Of a DNA stretch of 64,000 nucleotides, positions 13,549-26,000 are shown in pieces. Position 1 is the stretch's first letter. Every line of letters starts with the position of its first letter. The DNA lies in assembly GCA_026914245.1 (NCBI GenBank), contig CP110439.1:6634001-6698000 (forward strand). Direction: 5' to 3'. Origin of the DNA: Puccinia triticina (lineage: Eukaryota). A model generated the notes under the pieces. The model was not told the origin of the DNA. It ran no database searches and worked only from the letters and a program-made list of their open reading frames with translations. A program made the position numbers and the translations under genes.

Positions 13549-14197
13549 TGTGGCCCATTCTGGAACAAATGGCCACAAGTCTCAGCCCCTTCTGTATCAC
13601 ACATGTAGCAAGGTTGAACTGGGTATCAAAATACTGATTTAGTCTCCCTTGGCACACTCCCAAAGGGTTTCAAGCCTCTATGGCGCCATCAATACGGCAA
13701 AAAACCTGTTTGCAGGCGCCCACAAGTTGGCCAGTGCCCCTGAGGCTCCCCTGGGCGCCCCAGAGGGCTGCAAAAGGTATTTAAAGAGCCCTCTGTCCGC
13801 CCAAAAAGCCCTTTCCTCATGCTATTACACCTACTCTGATCATTACCCGCTTCCAACACGTGCTCAACACTTGTTCTCTGCCTGGTAAGATCCTTAGTTG
13901 CTGACTTTAGCTTCATTCCTTCGTCTGAATCTACTCAGATTCTCCCCTGAAGAACATCAAGACTCTAAGGGCTTAATCCTAGTAAGTTTAACCCCTTTCT
14001 CTTGAGATTCTCCGCTTTATTCTTGCTGGGATCTAAACGCTTGCAGGCCCCAGTACTAACAGGTACCTAAATCTTCTGCCTTTGCACAATACCTTAGAGG
14101 GATCTAAACCACCCCTGCTTGCAGGCCCCTCTTATTTTAATTATATTAATTTTATTAATATAATTAAACTACTTTTTTCTCTATTTTTTACGCCACA
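13549..14197 (+). mobile_element. Probable solo LTR
   Basis: TGTGGC...GCCACA ends and an internal TATTTAAA. The TSD is not conserved. Confidence 0.4.
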
Positions 14198-14399
14198 CAA
14201 CCTATTCAAAGCCTTGGATATCATCCCTAGAGGCATTATAACTCTATTATTTCACTTTGCAGCTCATGTAGCTAGAAGGATTATTGTCCTTGGCATCACA
14301 CAGGCTGACACTGCTGAGCTAGGAAAGAGGAATGGTGGGACTATATAGACTGGAGTTGAGTCTTGTGAAATGTTTGTGAAGTGCGCGTGTGGGGGGGCT

Positions 14400-15583
14400 T
14401 TACAAACCCAGTCTTTTTATACTTGTGCTGTATAGCAGAATAGAGGATGTGAATATCCTTCAAGACGTGGTGCGGTTTTGGAGAATGCTTGAGGACTGTT
14501 GGATGGAGGATTTCTTTCAGGCTGGCATCCAAAAGTGCTGAAAATGGCCTCGCTGCCTCAGCGCACCATGTAGCGCAAAGTTGAGGAACCTGAAAAAAAG
14601 AGATAGATTGGTTATGAACTCCTCTCCAGTACAAAAATGGCTGCAACTCAGCACTTACTTTCACTGGATTGATGTCCCCAGTCCCTTTTATTCCAAATTG
14701 AGCCAACAATGGAGAGTTTTTCAATTCCTAAATTTTTTGCAAGCATATCATGGCATATTTGTTGAGGTTGCTGCAAGAGGAGTCAGAGGTTGGGCGGTTG
14801 ATCTTGGTGCTGCATCTGAAGCTTCTGGTCATTAAAAAAGTTCACGAGTTGATTAAATCAAATAGAAAGGCTTACATCTTGCACGGATAAGCAATCATGC
14901 GCCTTCCATACTTGTGCAACTGATTTGAAAGCTCGGGTGTCTTATACAAAGCGTAGATTTGACTGATAGAGGTTTCAACAACTCTCCTTGCTTGTTCTAT
15001 ATATGATCACTAGTCAGAACAGGTTTGGATGCAATGAAGGGATGTGATGACAAGAATAATGAGTGGTACGCACGCAACTCCTCCTCATCAGTTGGGGGCT
15101 GGGTTCCAGGTGGAGCATTGATATTGTATGTATTTCCGGGTCTGTGTTACTGGGGGCTTCATTTTTTTCTTTTCAGGTGGGTTTTGTGGGTCTGGTGTAT
15201 TGTCTTGGTTCAAAGGTCCACGGGATAGGCAAGACTTGGGTTGTTTACGGCTGGAAGACATCTTTGTTGCTGAGTGATCAAGCATCACTCAACTAAAGAC
15301 TGGATATAAAATCAGTGTCTTGGTTGACAGTATGTATATGTGATGTCTATGACATGTCACGGTCTGCCGCCACGGGCCGCAGCCTCATAGTAGAGTGGGC
15401 AGTAATTACCCCCGCGGACCGCAGCTTCATAGTAGAGGGTGGGCGGTCATTGTGGGTGATACCCGGGTACCTCCTCTTGGCGAAACTCAAGTACCTGGTA
15501 CCGCACCCGGCACCGCTGCACGGGTGCGAGGCGGGTGCAAGCGGTACTAGGTACCCGCCACGGGTACCAATCAACAATTGCTA
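14400..15583 (-). pseudogene. 5' part of a degraded hAT element (N-terminal transposase fragment plus terminus)
   Basis: GIKGTGDINP...WCAEAARPFSAL...LHPTVLK matches the transposase at 58000-58560 (GISGTGDIDP...WCAEGAKPFSAL...LHPTILK). A GGTACC-rich end finishes ...CAATTGCTA at 15583. Confidence 0.7.
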
Positions 15584-15889
15584 TCAGTAACCATCAAAAA
15601 TGACATCTGTTGCAGCACTGAAATTCATGCTTAGTTGTAGAGATTGCAAAAATTACTTCTTGGCAAGTACTCAGCACCCTTAGGGGAAAAATTCCAGGCT
15701 TACAAAAATTACTCATCTACGGGTGCCGGGTGTGGGTGCAGGTGCCAGGATCTTGGGTTGAACAACAGGCAAGTATTTGGTACAAGTATTCACCATACAA
15801 CTTTGACCTGCCGGTTGTCTTAATTGTTTGCCCTGCATTTGTAATGTTGGATTACACCTAATGCAACTGTACAACTGCCATGCTGCAAG

Positions 15890-17670
15890 TCAAATTGACC
15901 TCTGAGGCTCTGGTTGGAGGAATTCCAACAATTGCACAGCTCTGACTGGAGGAATGCCTCCAATCACAGATTGCCTCCTCAATTGTAGGGATTCCTCCAG
16001 TCAAAAAGGTGTACCACCTCTTTGACTGGAGATATCCCTCTGGCTGTGGAGGCATACCCCCTTGGCCGGAGGGATTCTCGTCAAACAGCTATGTACATCT
16101 CTTTGACCAGAGGAATCCCTCTGGTCAAGCAGGCGTACAGTCACTGGATGGAAACATTGGTATCACCAAAAGCTCATTCTAGAAGGCCAACCCACAAACT
16201 TGAAGTCATGAGGATCTGAGAACAAGTGTGTGAAATGACTTCAGAAGAATGAATATAACAAAATAAAAAGTATTTGGGACATCACAAAACTTACAAAATT
16301 GCTTGCATTAAACGATGATTTTGGAAAATCTTCAATACCATTCCAAAACATAATGGATAATCAGAATCAGTAGATTGACATGTGAAATGAATGATAACAA
16401 ATGATAAAAATGAAGTCCAAAATCCATTCTGAAATTTTATGGGCAGTGAAAACACATCAAAAAGTACAACACTGCACTGCAGGCAACAAAAAATTAGTGT
16501 TTGAAGTGTTTTCACTGCCCGCAAAATTTCAGAATGGATTTTGGACTTCATTTTTTTCATTGATTATCATTCATTTCACATGTCAATCTATTGATTCTGA
16601 TTATCCATTATTTTTTTGGAATGGTATTGAAGATTTTCCAAAATCATCATTTAATGCAAGCAATTTTGTAAGTTTTGTGATGTCCCAAATACTTTTTATT
16701 TTGTTATATTCATTCTTCTGAAGTCATTTTACACACTTGTTCTCAGATCCTCAAGACTTCAAGTTTGTGGGTTGGCCTTCTAGAATGAGCTTTTGGTGGT
16801 ACCAATGTATCTGTCCAGTGACTGTACATACCTCTTTGACCGGAGGAATCCCTGAGGTCAAGGAGCTGTACAAACCTCTGACTGCAGGAATCAAACCTTT
16901 CTGTTGGATTTATGTACACCTCTTTTAACCAAGGAATCCCTTCAGTTGAGGAGGCTTGCACACCTCTGACTGGAGGGATCAATCCCTGCTTTTGGATTTA
17001 TGTACACCTTGTTGAGCGGAGGAATGCCTCCGGTCAAAGAGGGGAGTCCACTCAACAAGCTGGATATGATGTGACAAGTTCGCCGGGAGGACCTCCCTTG
17101 CCAAGCTGAATAAGCTCTCCGAGACAAGGGACTGCTCCTAACAGGACCTCTCAGCCCAGCAGGCTGGGAGGATGCCTCTTGGTGAGCTGGAATACCAGCT
17201 CGCCGGGATGACTCCTCCCAGTGAGCTGGATACATTATATCACTGCAAAAATAACTTGGTCAACTGCTTGCAGTTGACATGCAGGATACTCAAGCCAAGC
17301 TGCCATTGTAACTCCACATGAATGCAGAAGTGCCTTTGTTGGCACAGTCACTGTGCAAGGTGCACAGTGACTGTGCATTGAAGCTTGGGTTGAGTCAAAC
17401 CTTGAGTAAGGCTGGTGTAACACCACAAGCTTCCTCAGAGTTGCCACATGTCAACTGCTCACAGTTGACACAGTTTTTTTTGCAGAGGTACTCCTGGCGA
17501 GCTGGAGACCTTGTTTGCTGAGCTGGATATATATACATACCCAGCTCGCCAAGAGGACTCCCCCCGGTGAGCTGGATACTTTTGTATCCAGCTTGCCGAC
17601 GGGGCTCCTCCCAGAAAGCTGGACATGTATTCAGCTCGCTGGGAGGATTCCTCTCGGCGAGCTGGATATA
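15890..17670. repeat. Arrays of short hairpin units (GGAATCCCTC/GAGG..GTAC and CAGCTCGCC..GAG..CTC..GAGCTGG)
   Basis: Many degenerate inverted units, interrupted by the foldback element at 16138-16824. Confidence 0.6.
16138..16824. mobile_element. Tc1/mariner-type foldback MITE with ~325-bp inverted arms
   Basis: TA|CAGTCACTGGA...TCCAGTGACTG|TA. The arms are complementary up to a short central spacer near 16465-16500. Confidence 0.85.
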
Positions 17671-17718
17671 TATATTATATTCAGCTCAGTGAGGAACGAC
17701 ATTGCCCATCATGTCCAC

Positions 17719-18164
17719 CAAGGATGAAACGCTGCGCTGTGCTACAAAAAAGCGGTCTTTTAGCGCAGCGCAGCGGGGAACCGCTGCGCGGTCAGCCCAA
17801 AAAGCGGTAGCGCAGCGCCAGTCGCGCTGCGCTACCGCTGAAAATAGCGGGGCCCTGCTTTTTCCCCGACCCAAAAAGCGGTAGCGCAGCGGGCGGGGCC
17901 GCTCCTTTCAGCGCCGCGCAGCGGCTACCAAAACAGCTGCGCTGCGCTTTTTTGGCTGGCAGCGGGGGAGCGCTACGCGGCCAGCTCAAAAAGCGGTAGC
18001 ACAGCAATGGTTCCGCTGCGCTACCGCTGAAAGTAGCGGGTCCCCCCTTCTTGCCAGCCCCAAAAAGCGGTAGCGCAGCAGGCGGGGCTGCTACTTTCAG
18101 CGCAGCGCAGCGGCCACCAAAAATGCTGCGCTGCGCTTTTTGAAGCGCAGCGCTTTCACCCTTT
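17719..18164. mobile_element. GC-rich MITE (GCGCAGCG repeats), copy 1, 7-bp TSD TGTCCAC
   Basis: TGTCCAC|CAAGGATGAAACGCTGCG...CGCTTTCACCCTTT|TGTCCAC. An inverted copy lies at 40782-41227. Confidence 0.85.
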
Positions 18165-18471
18165 TGTCCACCCTCACTTTTGGGCAAACGTGAGGGTGGA
18201 CATGTCAAGCACGGTTCCTTGTGAAATTGCCTACCTATGTCACAGGTGCAAATGCCGTCGCAGGGAGCCCTTGGATGGTCAGGTTGGCCATTCAAGGGAG
18301 TGTCTCCCCTCAATTGCCAGTGCAACTCTGCTATCAAGAGGAGTTCACACTCCCTTCAATGGCCAAATTGTACCAGCCATCAAAGGGAGTGTGCACTTCA
18401 GTCACTAGCATTGAGTGTTGTAAGAATTTTTGCAGACCGGGGGAGAGCAATTCAGTGAGCAAGACTAGCAT

Positions 18472-18902
18472 TCAAGGTAGATGTATTGCGTATTTGTTCA
18501 ATCCTTTGATTCCTTGCGCCATAACCGACCACATGCGCCAACTATTCAGAAGACACCCAATATCACTAGATTTCATCGCCCGGTCAGCTTCAATTACTGT
18601 TGCAAAGTCGTGTAGTCGCAGTAATAAGTTGCCGAGTTTGGGGTTGGAGGATTCTTTCCTGTTTGCTTCTTCTTCAGTGTCTTGACGAGCCTTTGGCCAA
18701 AAGAGCTGCTCATAGCACTCATCTAAAACCTTTTGGGCTCTCGTCGAATCCCAGGTTGGGAGATCTTCATTGACGCCGGGGGGTTTGGTCTGGCCAATCA
18801 ACTTGCTAAACCAACATACATAGAACTGTCAGTTTATTGTTAGTTCACCTGACACAGTGATTTTCAGACATAGAGTGGAACGTACATTATACAATGAAGA
18901 TT
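18472..18902 (-). pseudogene. DUF6589-like fragment (fungal transposon-associated)
   Basis: LLLRLHDFATVIEADRAMKSSDIG...WSVMAQGIKGLNKYAIHLP, with an upstream exon ...LHCIM. Truncated at both ends. Confidence 0.6.
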
Positions 18903-20500
18903 TTTTTTTAAGTGAAATTTGGCCTATGGCATTGCTCACTATGAATCTTAGAAACATCCTGATGAAATAAAACAACTCTAAAATCCAATACACAACGTAC
19001 AAAGCTTAGGGTGAAATCAAGTCAAGGATTGAGGTCATCTCCTACAGAGTTTCCCACTTCCTGAAAATAAAATTTCAGCATTTTCCCTCCTCCGACGGCT
19101 ACCATAATGAGTCTGGAACTCGGGCGCCTCAGCTTTCAAACTCCGCCTCAGCACCTCTATGCATACCTTTACTCCCCGCTCATTCAAAGCCAAGCATGGC
19201 CCTGAGGCACTTCTTATTCTTCCTTTTGATGCGTTCTGACCTCATTTTACATCTTGGATTAGTCTGTACCATCCAAAATGACCCTGATCCACGACGTGTG
19301 TACAACCAAAGGCAACCGGCAAGCGTTCCTTGGGATTGCATTGACTTATATTGATGAGGATTGGGTCTTCCGGGTATCCCACTTGTCTCTCAAGTATATA
19401 TCTTGGACACACAAGGGCAAATACCTTGCTTTACCATTTTCCAATATTGTGATCAAGTCATTGCTTCACCAAAAGATAAGTTTCATTTTCTTCTTCTTGA
19501 TTTCTAAAGGATGCTCATTTTGTTTTGTTCTATTTATAATTACATTATAGCCCAAACCACCGACTCCGGCTCAAATAACCAAACCATGACTGCCAAGGTA
19601 GATCACATTGTTCTGAAGGAAACCAATACCAACATGGACCTCACCAACAATCACATCCGATGTTTTTGCCACAAGATTGCCTTGATCCTCACTGAAGGCC
19701 TCAAAGCCATCGATGTGGGAACCAATGGCTTGACTGAGAACAAACGAGGCGCTCTTGGATTCATCCCCAAACTGGGGACTATAGCCGAGGCCTGCAAGGT
19801 GGCGGATACGACTGACACTCCTGGATTGGTGCCTGACAATGACCAGGATCTAGCCGAACTCCCCAATGAACTGCCCAACAATTTCTCCTATGGATCGGCT
19901 GGTGGAAGTGACACTGACAATGATGGATCTGCAAATTCGGAGGCAGAGGAGACACCATTGACAGTATCATTGGTCTTGAGCAACGTTGATTTTGTAATTC
20001 ACCAAATCACTTCCTCAGCCGCAAAGCAATCAGAGTTCAGTGTTTGGTCGAAGAAGCTTGATTACATTGGCCCCTCTCTCATTGCTGGCCATGGCATTTG
20101 TTGGAATGTCAAGTGGCAGAGCAGGGACCGCGCTTACCAGGGCTGAACAATCATCAATCAATTGATCAACAATGAGAAAGACCAAATCAAGCGCGATGGC
20201 GGCAAGGATTTCTTCAACAAGGTGCAGATCAGTCGTGACGACTGGGATATAGTCAAAAGATTGAATGATATACTTAGTGTGAGTTTTCATTTTCCTCAAG
20301 TCCATCCCAATGGCTGTTTTTAATTATTTTTTCAATTATCACATCAGTCTTTTTTAGGAATTCTACTTTGTAAGAAAAAAGATGGAGGGGGATCACTCCT
20401 TGGCCGGCCTCATGATATATGAATACAAAGGTATCAAGGATTTCCTCCGAGAACAGCTCAACTCGGTCACCGAACCCAAACTCCAACGCATGATCCGCAC

Positions 20501-21436
20501 TGTCAGGCCAGGTGATACTAAGAGCAGAACTCTTCCAGCGACACCAGCTGATGGGATAGAAGTGGGGATGAAATATGAATAAAGGTAGGTGTTTTATTTC
20601 AGAGAAATAACAGAAATAACAAAAGGAGGGGCCCGGCGGAGCGGGGGTGGTTTATATCCCTCCGGAGATGATGCTGGGGCCTGCTATGCAGGTGTGGTTG
20701 AGATCCCAGGTATTGGATAGTTGGAGAGCGGCTCGAATCAAGGAAGGGTTTAAACTCACTTGAGGGTATCCTTCCTAGTCCGACGACGAGCTCAACAACA
20801 GAGCGAAAACTGTGAAAGCAGGCTTAAAACGGCGAGATCCTGAAAGCGAAGTCTTGTCGGGATCTTGATAGAAACTGATCAAGAAGATGAGTAGACAATG
20901 GCGGTCAGGGTTTTGAATTGGTGTAGTAAGCTGAAGAAACCAATCTGGGAGGGAGAGCTTACCTCCTTAAATAACCCAATGGTTCCCTGGGGAGGACTCT
21001 TCATGCGGTGGAAGTATTGGTCGGAAGAGTATTTGTTGGAAATAAGTCATACTCCATCCGATCCTGGGAGTATGACGGTTTAGAGTTTTTGAGTGACAGT
21101 TTGTAAAAAGGACAGTCACCTGATTTGTTATTTTTTACTTGTCTGTCACTTGTCTATGTTATTACATTACTGTGACAGTTTCTTTCTTATGATATAATTA
21201 TTTTTATTCTATTTGCCGCGGTGCGCAGGAGGCTAGGATTTTCGTATGTAACAAGGGTTTCAGGTAGTTTCGCCGGGCGCGCGCTGGGCGCTATTGACTT
21301 GGTTGACTTTAATCAAGTAATAATTTCTCTTATAATGTTTCCACTGGGCGCGCGCAGGGCGCTAGTGACAAGTAATAATGTCTCTTTATTATAATATTTA
21401 TTGTCATGATGGCTTGCGCAGTGTAGCCGGCTGACA
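20501..21436. mobile_element. Solo LTR, 5-bp TSD CGCAC
   Basis: CGCAC|TGTCAG...CTGACA|CGCAC. Removing it restores the transposase frame RMIRT-MLLKTS. Confidence 0.9.
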
Positions 21437-22482
21437 CGCACCATGCTATTAAAAACATCCACCTATCTCAATGAAGCCTTGGACTGTGATGCAGTCATCC
21501 TAGCCACAATGTTTGTTAAGATAAAGGAGCCCGTATGTACCACTTGTATGCTTATAGCTAGTTATGCTTCTACTAAGTAGCCCAGTTGTACTCCCTTACC
21601 GGCTCCTCACTCTCAAGCCTTTCCTCACTGAAATCTATCCTTATATTTCACGGTCAAGCCCCCTCGTGATCCCGGTAGCCCTCTGAGCTTCAGTCCACCT
21701 GGTCCCCCTCAACAGGTTATGAGACCCTCCTAGTCTCGCTCGATAACATCGCTTCAACCGCTGTGGTGGTCTAAATGGTAGTCAGCTTCAGATCCAAACT
21801 TCAAGATCAGCCCTCAAGAAAACCACCCTCAAGGCTCAAGATTCTCTCAGATCCTCCTTCTCCCTTTTCCCCACTCTCCTCTTTCTCACTTTTGCTCTTT
21901 CTTGGTCCTAACACAGATCTGTCTGTGGGTTTATTCCTAGTTGTTGTCTTGTTCTGGTTTTTGTTTCTTCCTTGTCTTTTGTCATGTTTATCTCCATTTC
22001 TCCTGGTTCCTCTCTTATTTCTTATGTTTCTTGTTGGTTTCATGTTTTATCTCTTTGTTCTATTTCTCTGCTTCTTTTCCTCTTTGTGTTGTCTGTTTCT
22101 TTTCTTTTCTCCTTTGTCTGTGTTGTGTGCGCGCGCATGGCGCGCGAGGAGATGATGACATGTCTGTGACAGGCCTCCAGGAATCCAAGTTCCGGGCGAA
22201 CTTGGAGGATAGGAGGCCATAGCATCTGCTCTGATCCAAGGCGGCTATCAAGAAATCTATCCAATCCTTGATTCTTTTCCGATCCATTTTTTTCCGATTC
22301 TGAGCGCGATACAACCGCCAACGAAGATCCAACCTTTGTTGTACCCCCAAAACCACTTCCCCCCCCCCAGCTATCACTTCGAATCCTTACGACTCATCCG
22401 GACCATCCGTGAGGGCAGTCACTCGACACCTTTTCCCCTCCCAGCGCTGCCGCCGGCCTAGCACCAAGCGGAGCTCCACATT

Positions 22483-22533
22483 TGGTCCCCCGAGCCGGGA
22501 TCGAACCAGCGACCTCAAGATTTACAGTCTCGC
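22483..22533 (-). other. Extended primer-binding site: copy of mature tRNA-Tyr(GUA) positions 26-76 including CCA (not a tRNA gene)
   Basis: The reverse complement is G CGAGA CTGTAAA TCTTG AGGTC GCTGG TTCGATC CCGGC TCGGGGG A CCA, giving anticodon arm, variable loop, T arm, 3' acceptor strand and CCA. It starts 2 nt after the 5' LTR. Confidence 0.9.
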
Positions 22534-23000
22534 ACTGTGGTTTTGAGGCCGTTTGGCGGTTATAAATTTCTTTTTTTTTTCCTTCTTCTTTTGGTTCCCA
22601 TCCGTTCGAATCTTAGAATCCTAGCTGAACGGGGCTTTGATTCTCTTCCAAATCAATTCTCAAGCATTTGCGACAGGAGGCGCGGATCCCTTTGAGGCGC
22701 CAACGGTGCCTCAGAGCACATCCCATCCATCCATCGCCGTCGATCTTGTCTCAGGATTCAGTCTAGTCCGCGTTTTAGGATCAAGACGTTTCTGGTCCTC
22801 GATCCTTCTTTCTTTTCTTTTTTTAGGTGTTCAGCGGCGGGGCATTAAGGTTGTAAAAGTAAGTCCCCACCAAATCAGTTGCACCTCCGAAGTCTCTACA
22901 TCGTCATCAAAACATCACCGCCACGCTGTGAGCCGCCTTTGTCCGTCAAATTCTTTTCCCAGATCCAAGCCGGACGTTGTCTGGCCGGAGGCCAGCTCGG

Positions 23001-26000
23001 ATGGTCAAAATCGACAATGAGGATCGTGACCTTGAATTCGACGGTACGAATGTTGAGGTGTTTCTCGATGCATACCAAACGGCGGCTAAAGAAGACGGCG
23101 CATCAGAATTTGACATGGCCTATCAGCTCGCGTGCTTCATTTCGACGTACGATGTTCTAGATGTGGTCGAGACCCTCAGTGGATTCGAGGATCACGACTG
23201 GGCGAAGCTCAAAGCATCAATGCTTGCTCACTGGGGTCGAGCTGACGTATCTTGATTCTTGCGTCAAGATCTTGAAGCTCTAGTGCAGACGTGGTCCGCT
23301 AAAGGAGGAATTTCTTCAGTTCACGACTACCAGATCTTTCGGCAGTCCTGGGATCCGATTCAGTCATCCCTGCTTAGGAACAATCAGATCGGTACCGTCG
23401 AAGAGATCAAAACCGACTTCTATCTCGCCTTCTCTGTTGGCATTCAGGAGCAGATCCGCACTGAGCTCATCAGGCAGAAGATCAGGATCACAACGCGCGA
23501 TCGTCGTTTTCAGCTCCCCGTTTTTGAGAAGCTCAGCGAAGCCGTTGGCAAGGTCATGCAGAAGCTGGAAGACGACCATTATCTCAAGGAGTTCTCTGGT
23601 CTATCCAAACGTTCGGCAGTCGCGGACAACAGCTCGGGAACGCTGCAATCCTCAAAGCGGCGCTGTGAGATGGAGCCCTCGGATTTTCAAGTTCCTCAAG
23701 ATCCTATGTCATATCCCAATTGCCCCGTTCGCCGCGTCAACATCGTACAGTTCACGCTTCAGGATCTACAGTTTCTAGCCCGTTCGTGGTTGGAAGAAGA
23801 AGGCCGCTCATTTGCTGAGGATTGTCCAGCCTTTCGTCGATCTTGGGATTCACTTGTTGCTGCGCTAGTCGGAAAGTTTCTTTATATTGACACCCTTGAA
23901 GAAGTGAAGAGCTTATGTTATGAAACATTCTCTCTGATCGCCCAACCTCCATTGCCGAGCTCACCCGAACCGGTACATACAGCAAGACTTTCCTCAACTC
24001 AGTGTGGAGATGCGGTCTTAGAGCGAACGACTGAAGATTCTAGAGAAGCTGGATTCGCGTTTGCCAAACGCCTTTCGTGGTCGGACTCACCCGCTCCCCC
24101 GTCAGAAGTTCTCGTCGCCCAAGAGATCAAGAAGCCTATTTCAGATCATAAGCCTCCCTCAGTCATCACAGCCGATCCCTTTTCTCGAGCCAATCAATCG
24201 GACCCGTCTCAAACGCGAGAAAAAAATCACAAGACTTCAGATGTTCTCCCTGTGCCTTGTCCCCCGGGTCTCGGACCTTTTGAGGATCCCACGCGAGATG
24301 AAAATCTAGAGTCCTCCGACCTTCCCTGTGTTTCCTTTCCTCCAGGCCTTAGGCCATATAAGGAGCTTGCGCGTACGGGCTCAGATTCAGAAGAAGAATA
24401 CATGGACGTCGAGACCAATCTTGTTCAGGGATCAACTGGAGAGCTGCATTCGGCGAAAGGACTGTCTTTCAACTTGATCCTGTCGTGTAATCCTCCTGTC
24501 TTCCAGTCGGAAGCTGGCCTCACTCAAGAAATCTCCGTCAACACGCTAGATCTTTTTTCTCAATCCGATCAACACAATCCCTTGCAGAAGCAAGATGAGA
24601 ATCCCCTGTCTTCGGAACCTTCTTCTGTTACTCCACCTACGGAGGGCATAGCCTTTTCCCCTGAGCTTTGCGATCAATTGGTTGAAGAACTAAGTCCAGC
24701 TACACGCTCTACGTTTGAGCTAATTTTGAGGCACTCTGTCAGTTTTCACTCGATATCATCAAGGACACGCCCGCTAGCCGACAAAGAACTGAAGACCGCT
24801 GGTGTTGGGAAGAGAATCCTTCCTCCGGATTGTGCCGAGCTTCATATCAAAATGAGTCTAATAATTGACAGCTTTGGTCAATCACCTCACTTTTCAGATC
24901 GTCAAATCAACTCAAGCGGTTTTTTACTTCCTCTTGTTTCGCATGGTGAGGCCGATCCTGGACTTGCATGGAGCCGAACCGGAGGAGGTTCCAATTCCCT
25001 TCTGAAATCCGAAGATCGCCTCCGAAATGAGGGTAAACTACCTTTACTTCAGCTGGAGCGCGGTCGAGGAGGTTTAATTTTAGCGGAGGGGGAGAGACTA
25101 GAAGTAAGTTCTCTCCTTAGTATGCGCCTCCGGGTAGATACCCATCACGTCGCCAAAACTCTACAATCTGCCACTTTTGTGAGCCGTACCCGGTTGCCCT
25201 TTTGCGTTTTCAGTTTCATTTCATTACGGTCGACTATTCTCGATCATCGGAAAAGGACGGCGCGGGCTTTTCCATGTCAAGTTGGCAACGGGCTGGAAGC
25301 GTTGAAGGATTCAATTGTTACGCTAGTGGGAGAATTCAACGCTCTAGCCTTTGTTTTTGATTCCCAACTGGATCCTCTTCTTTTCCTCGGTTCCCTTCCT
25401 CAAGCTAATTCAGGAGAGTGTTTAGTTTTCAAGATTCCTCATGCACCCAATTTTGATTCTAGTCGACCTCTGTGCCATGAAGTTGCTTCTCTCCAGCATT
25501 CACTACCTTCTGTCACGCTCAAGACTGGCTGTGGAGGTTTCAAGTCTGGAAATCTTTTCGCTCGATCTCTGCCCTCTGTCCATGAGTCAAATGAAGGACG
25601 CGCGGACGTCCGATCCGAGCCTTTTGATCGATCAATTGCAGAGCGGACAGACCATCCAAACGATCTGGGTAGCAGCTCTCAAATGATCTCCAAGCTTGAA
25701 GCCTCTCTCCAAAGCGTTCGAGCCTATTCGGATCACACCTTATCATCTTCTCAAAGGACTGATCATCAAAAGATTGCGAACATCACTAGAAGCAAAAACA
25801 AGAATGTTTCCTTTTGCGCGACAATCCGACCCATTGCTCCTTGTCCGATCAGCCAGCCCCGCCAGCTTGCAGAGCCCTTGGTTTGGCTTCAAGAACTGCA
25901 ATTTTCTAACAATTCAAAGCCGCTCCACACACCTGAAGATTACCTCCGAAATGAGGTTAAACTACTGTTGTATCATCTCAAGCAGGATTTGACTCCGGTT

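Noticed and set aside
17686..18337. Ala/Arg-rich ORFs (also 40870-41399)
   Set aside because: These are open frames through GC-rich MITE repeats.
21775..22222. Hydrophobic 126-aa 'membrane protein' ORFs (repeated at 26559-27006)
   Set aside because: They arise from T/C-rich low-complexity LTR sequence. There is no evidence of an env-like gene.
22483..22533. tRNA-Tyr gene
   Set aside because: It lacks the 5' acceptor strand and D arm, has an encoded CCA and sits at the PBS position, so it is a primer copy rather than a gene.
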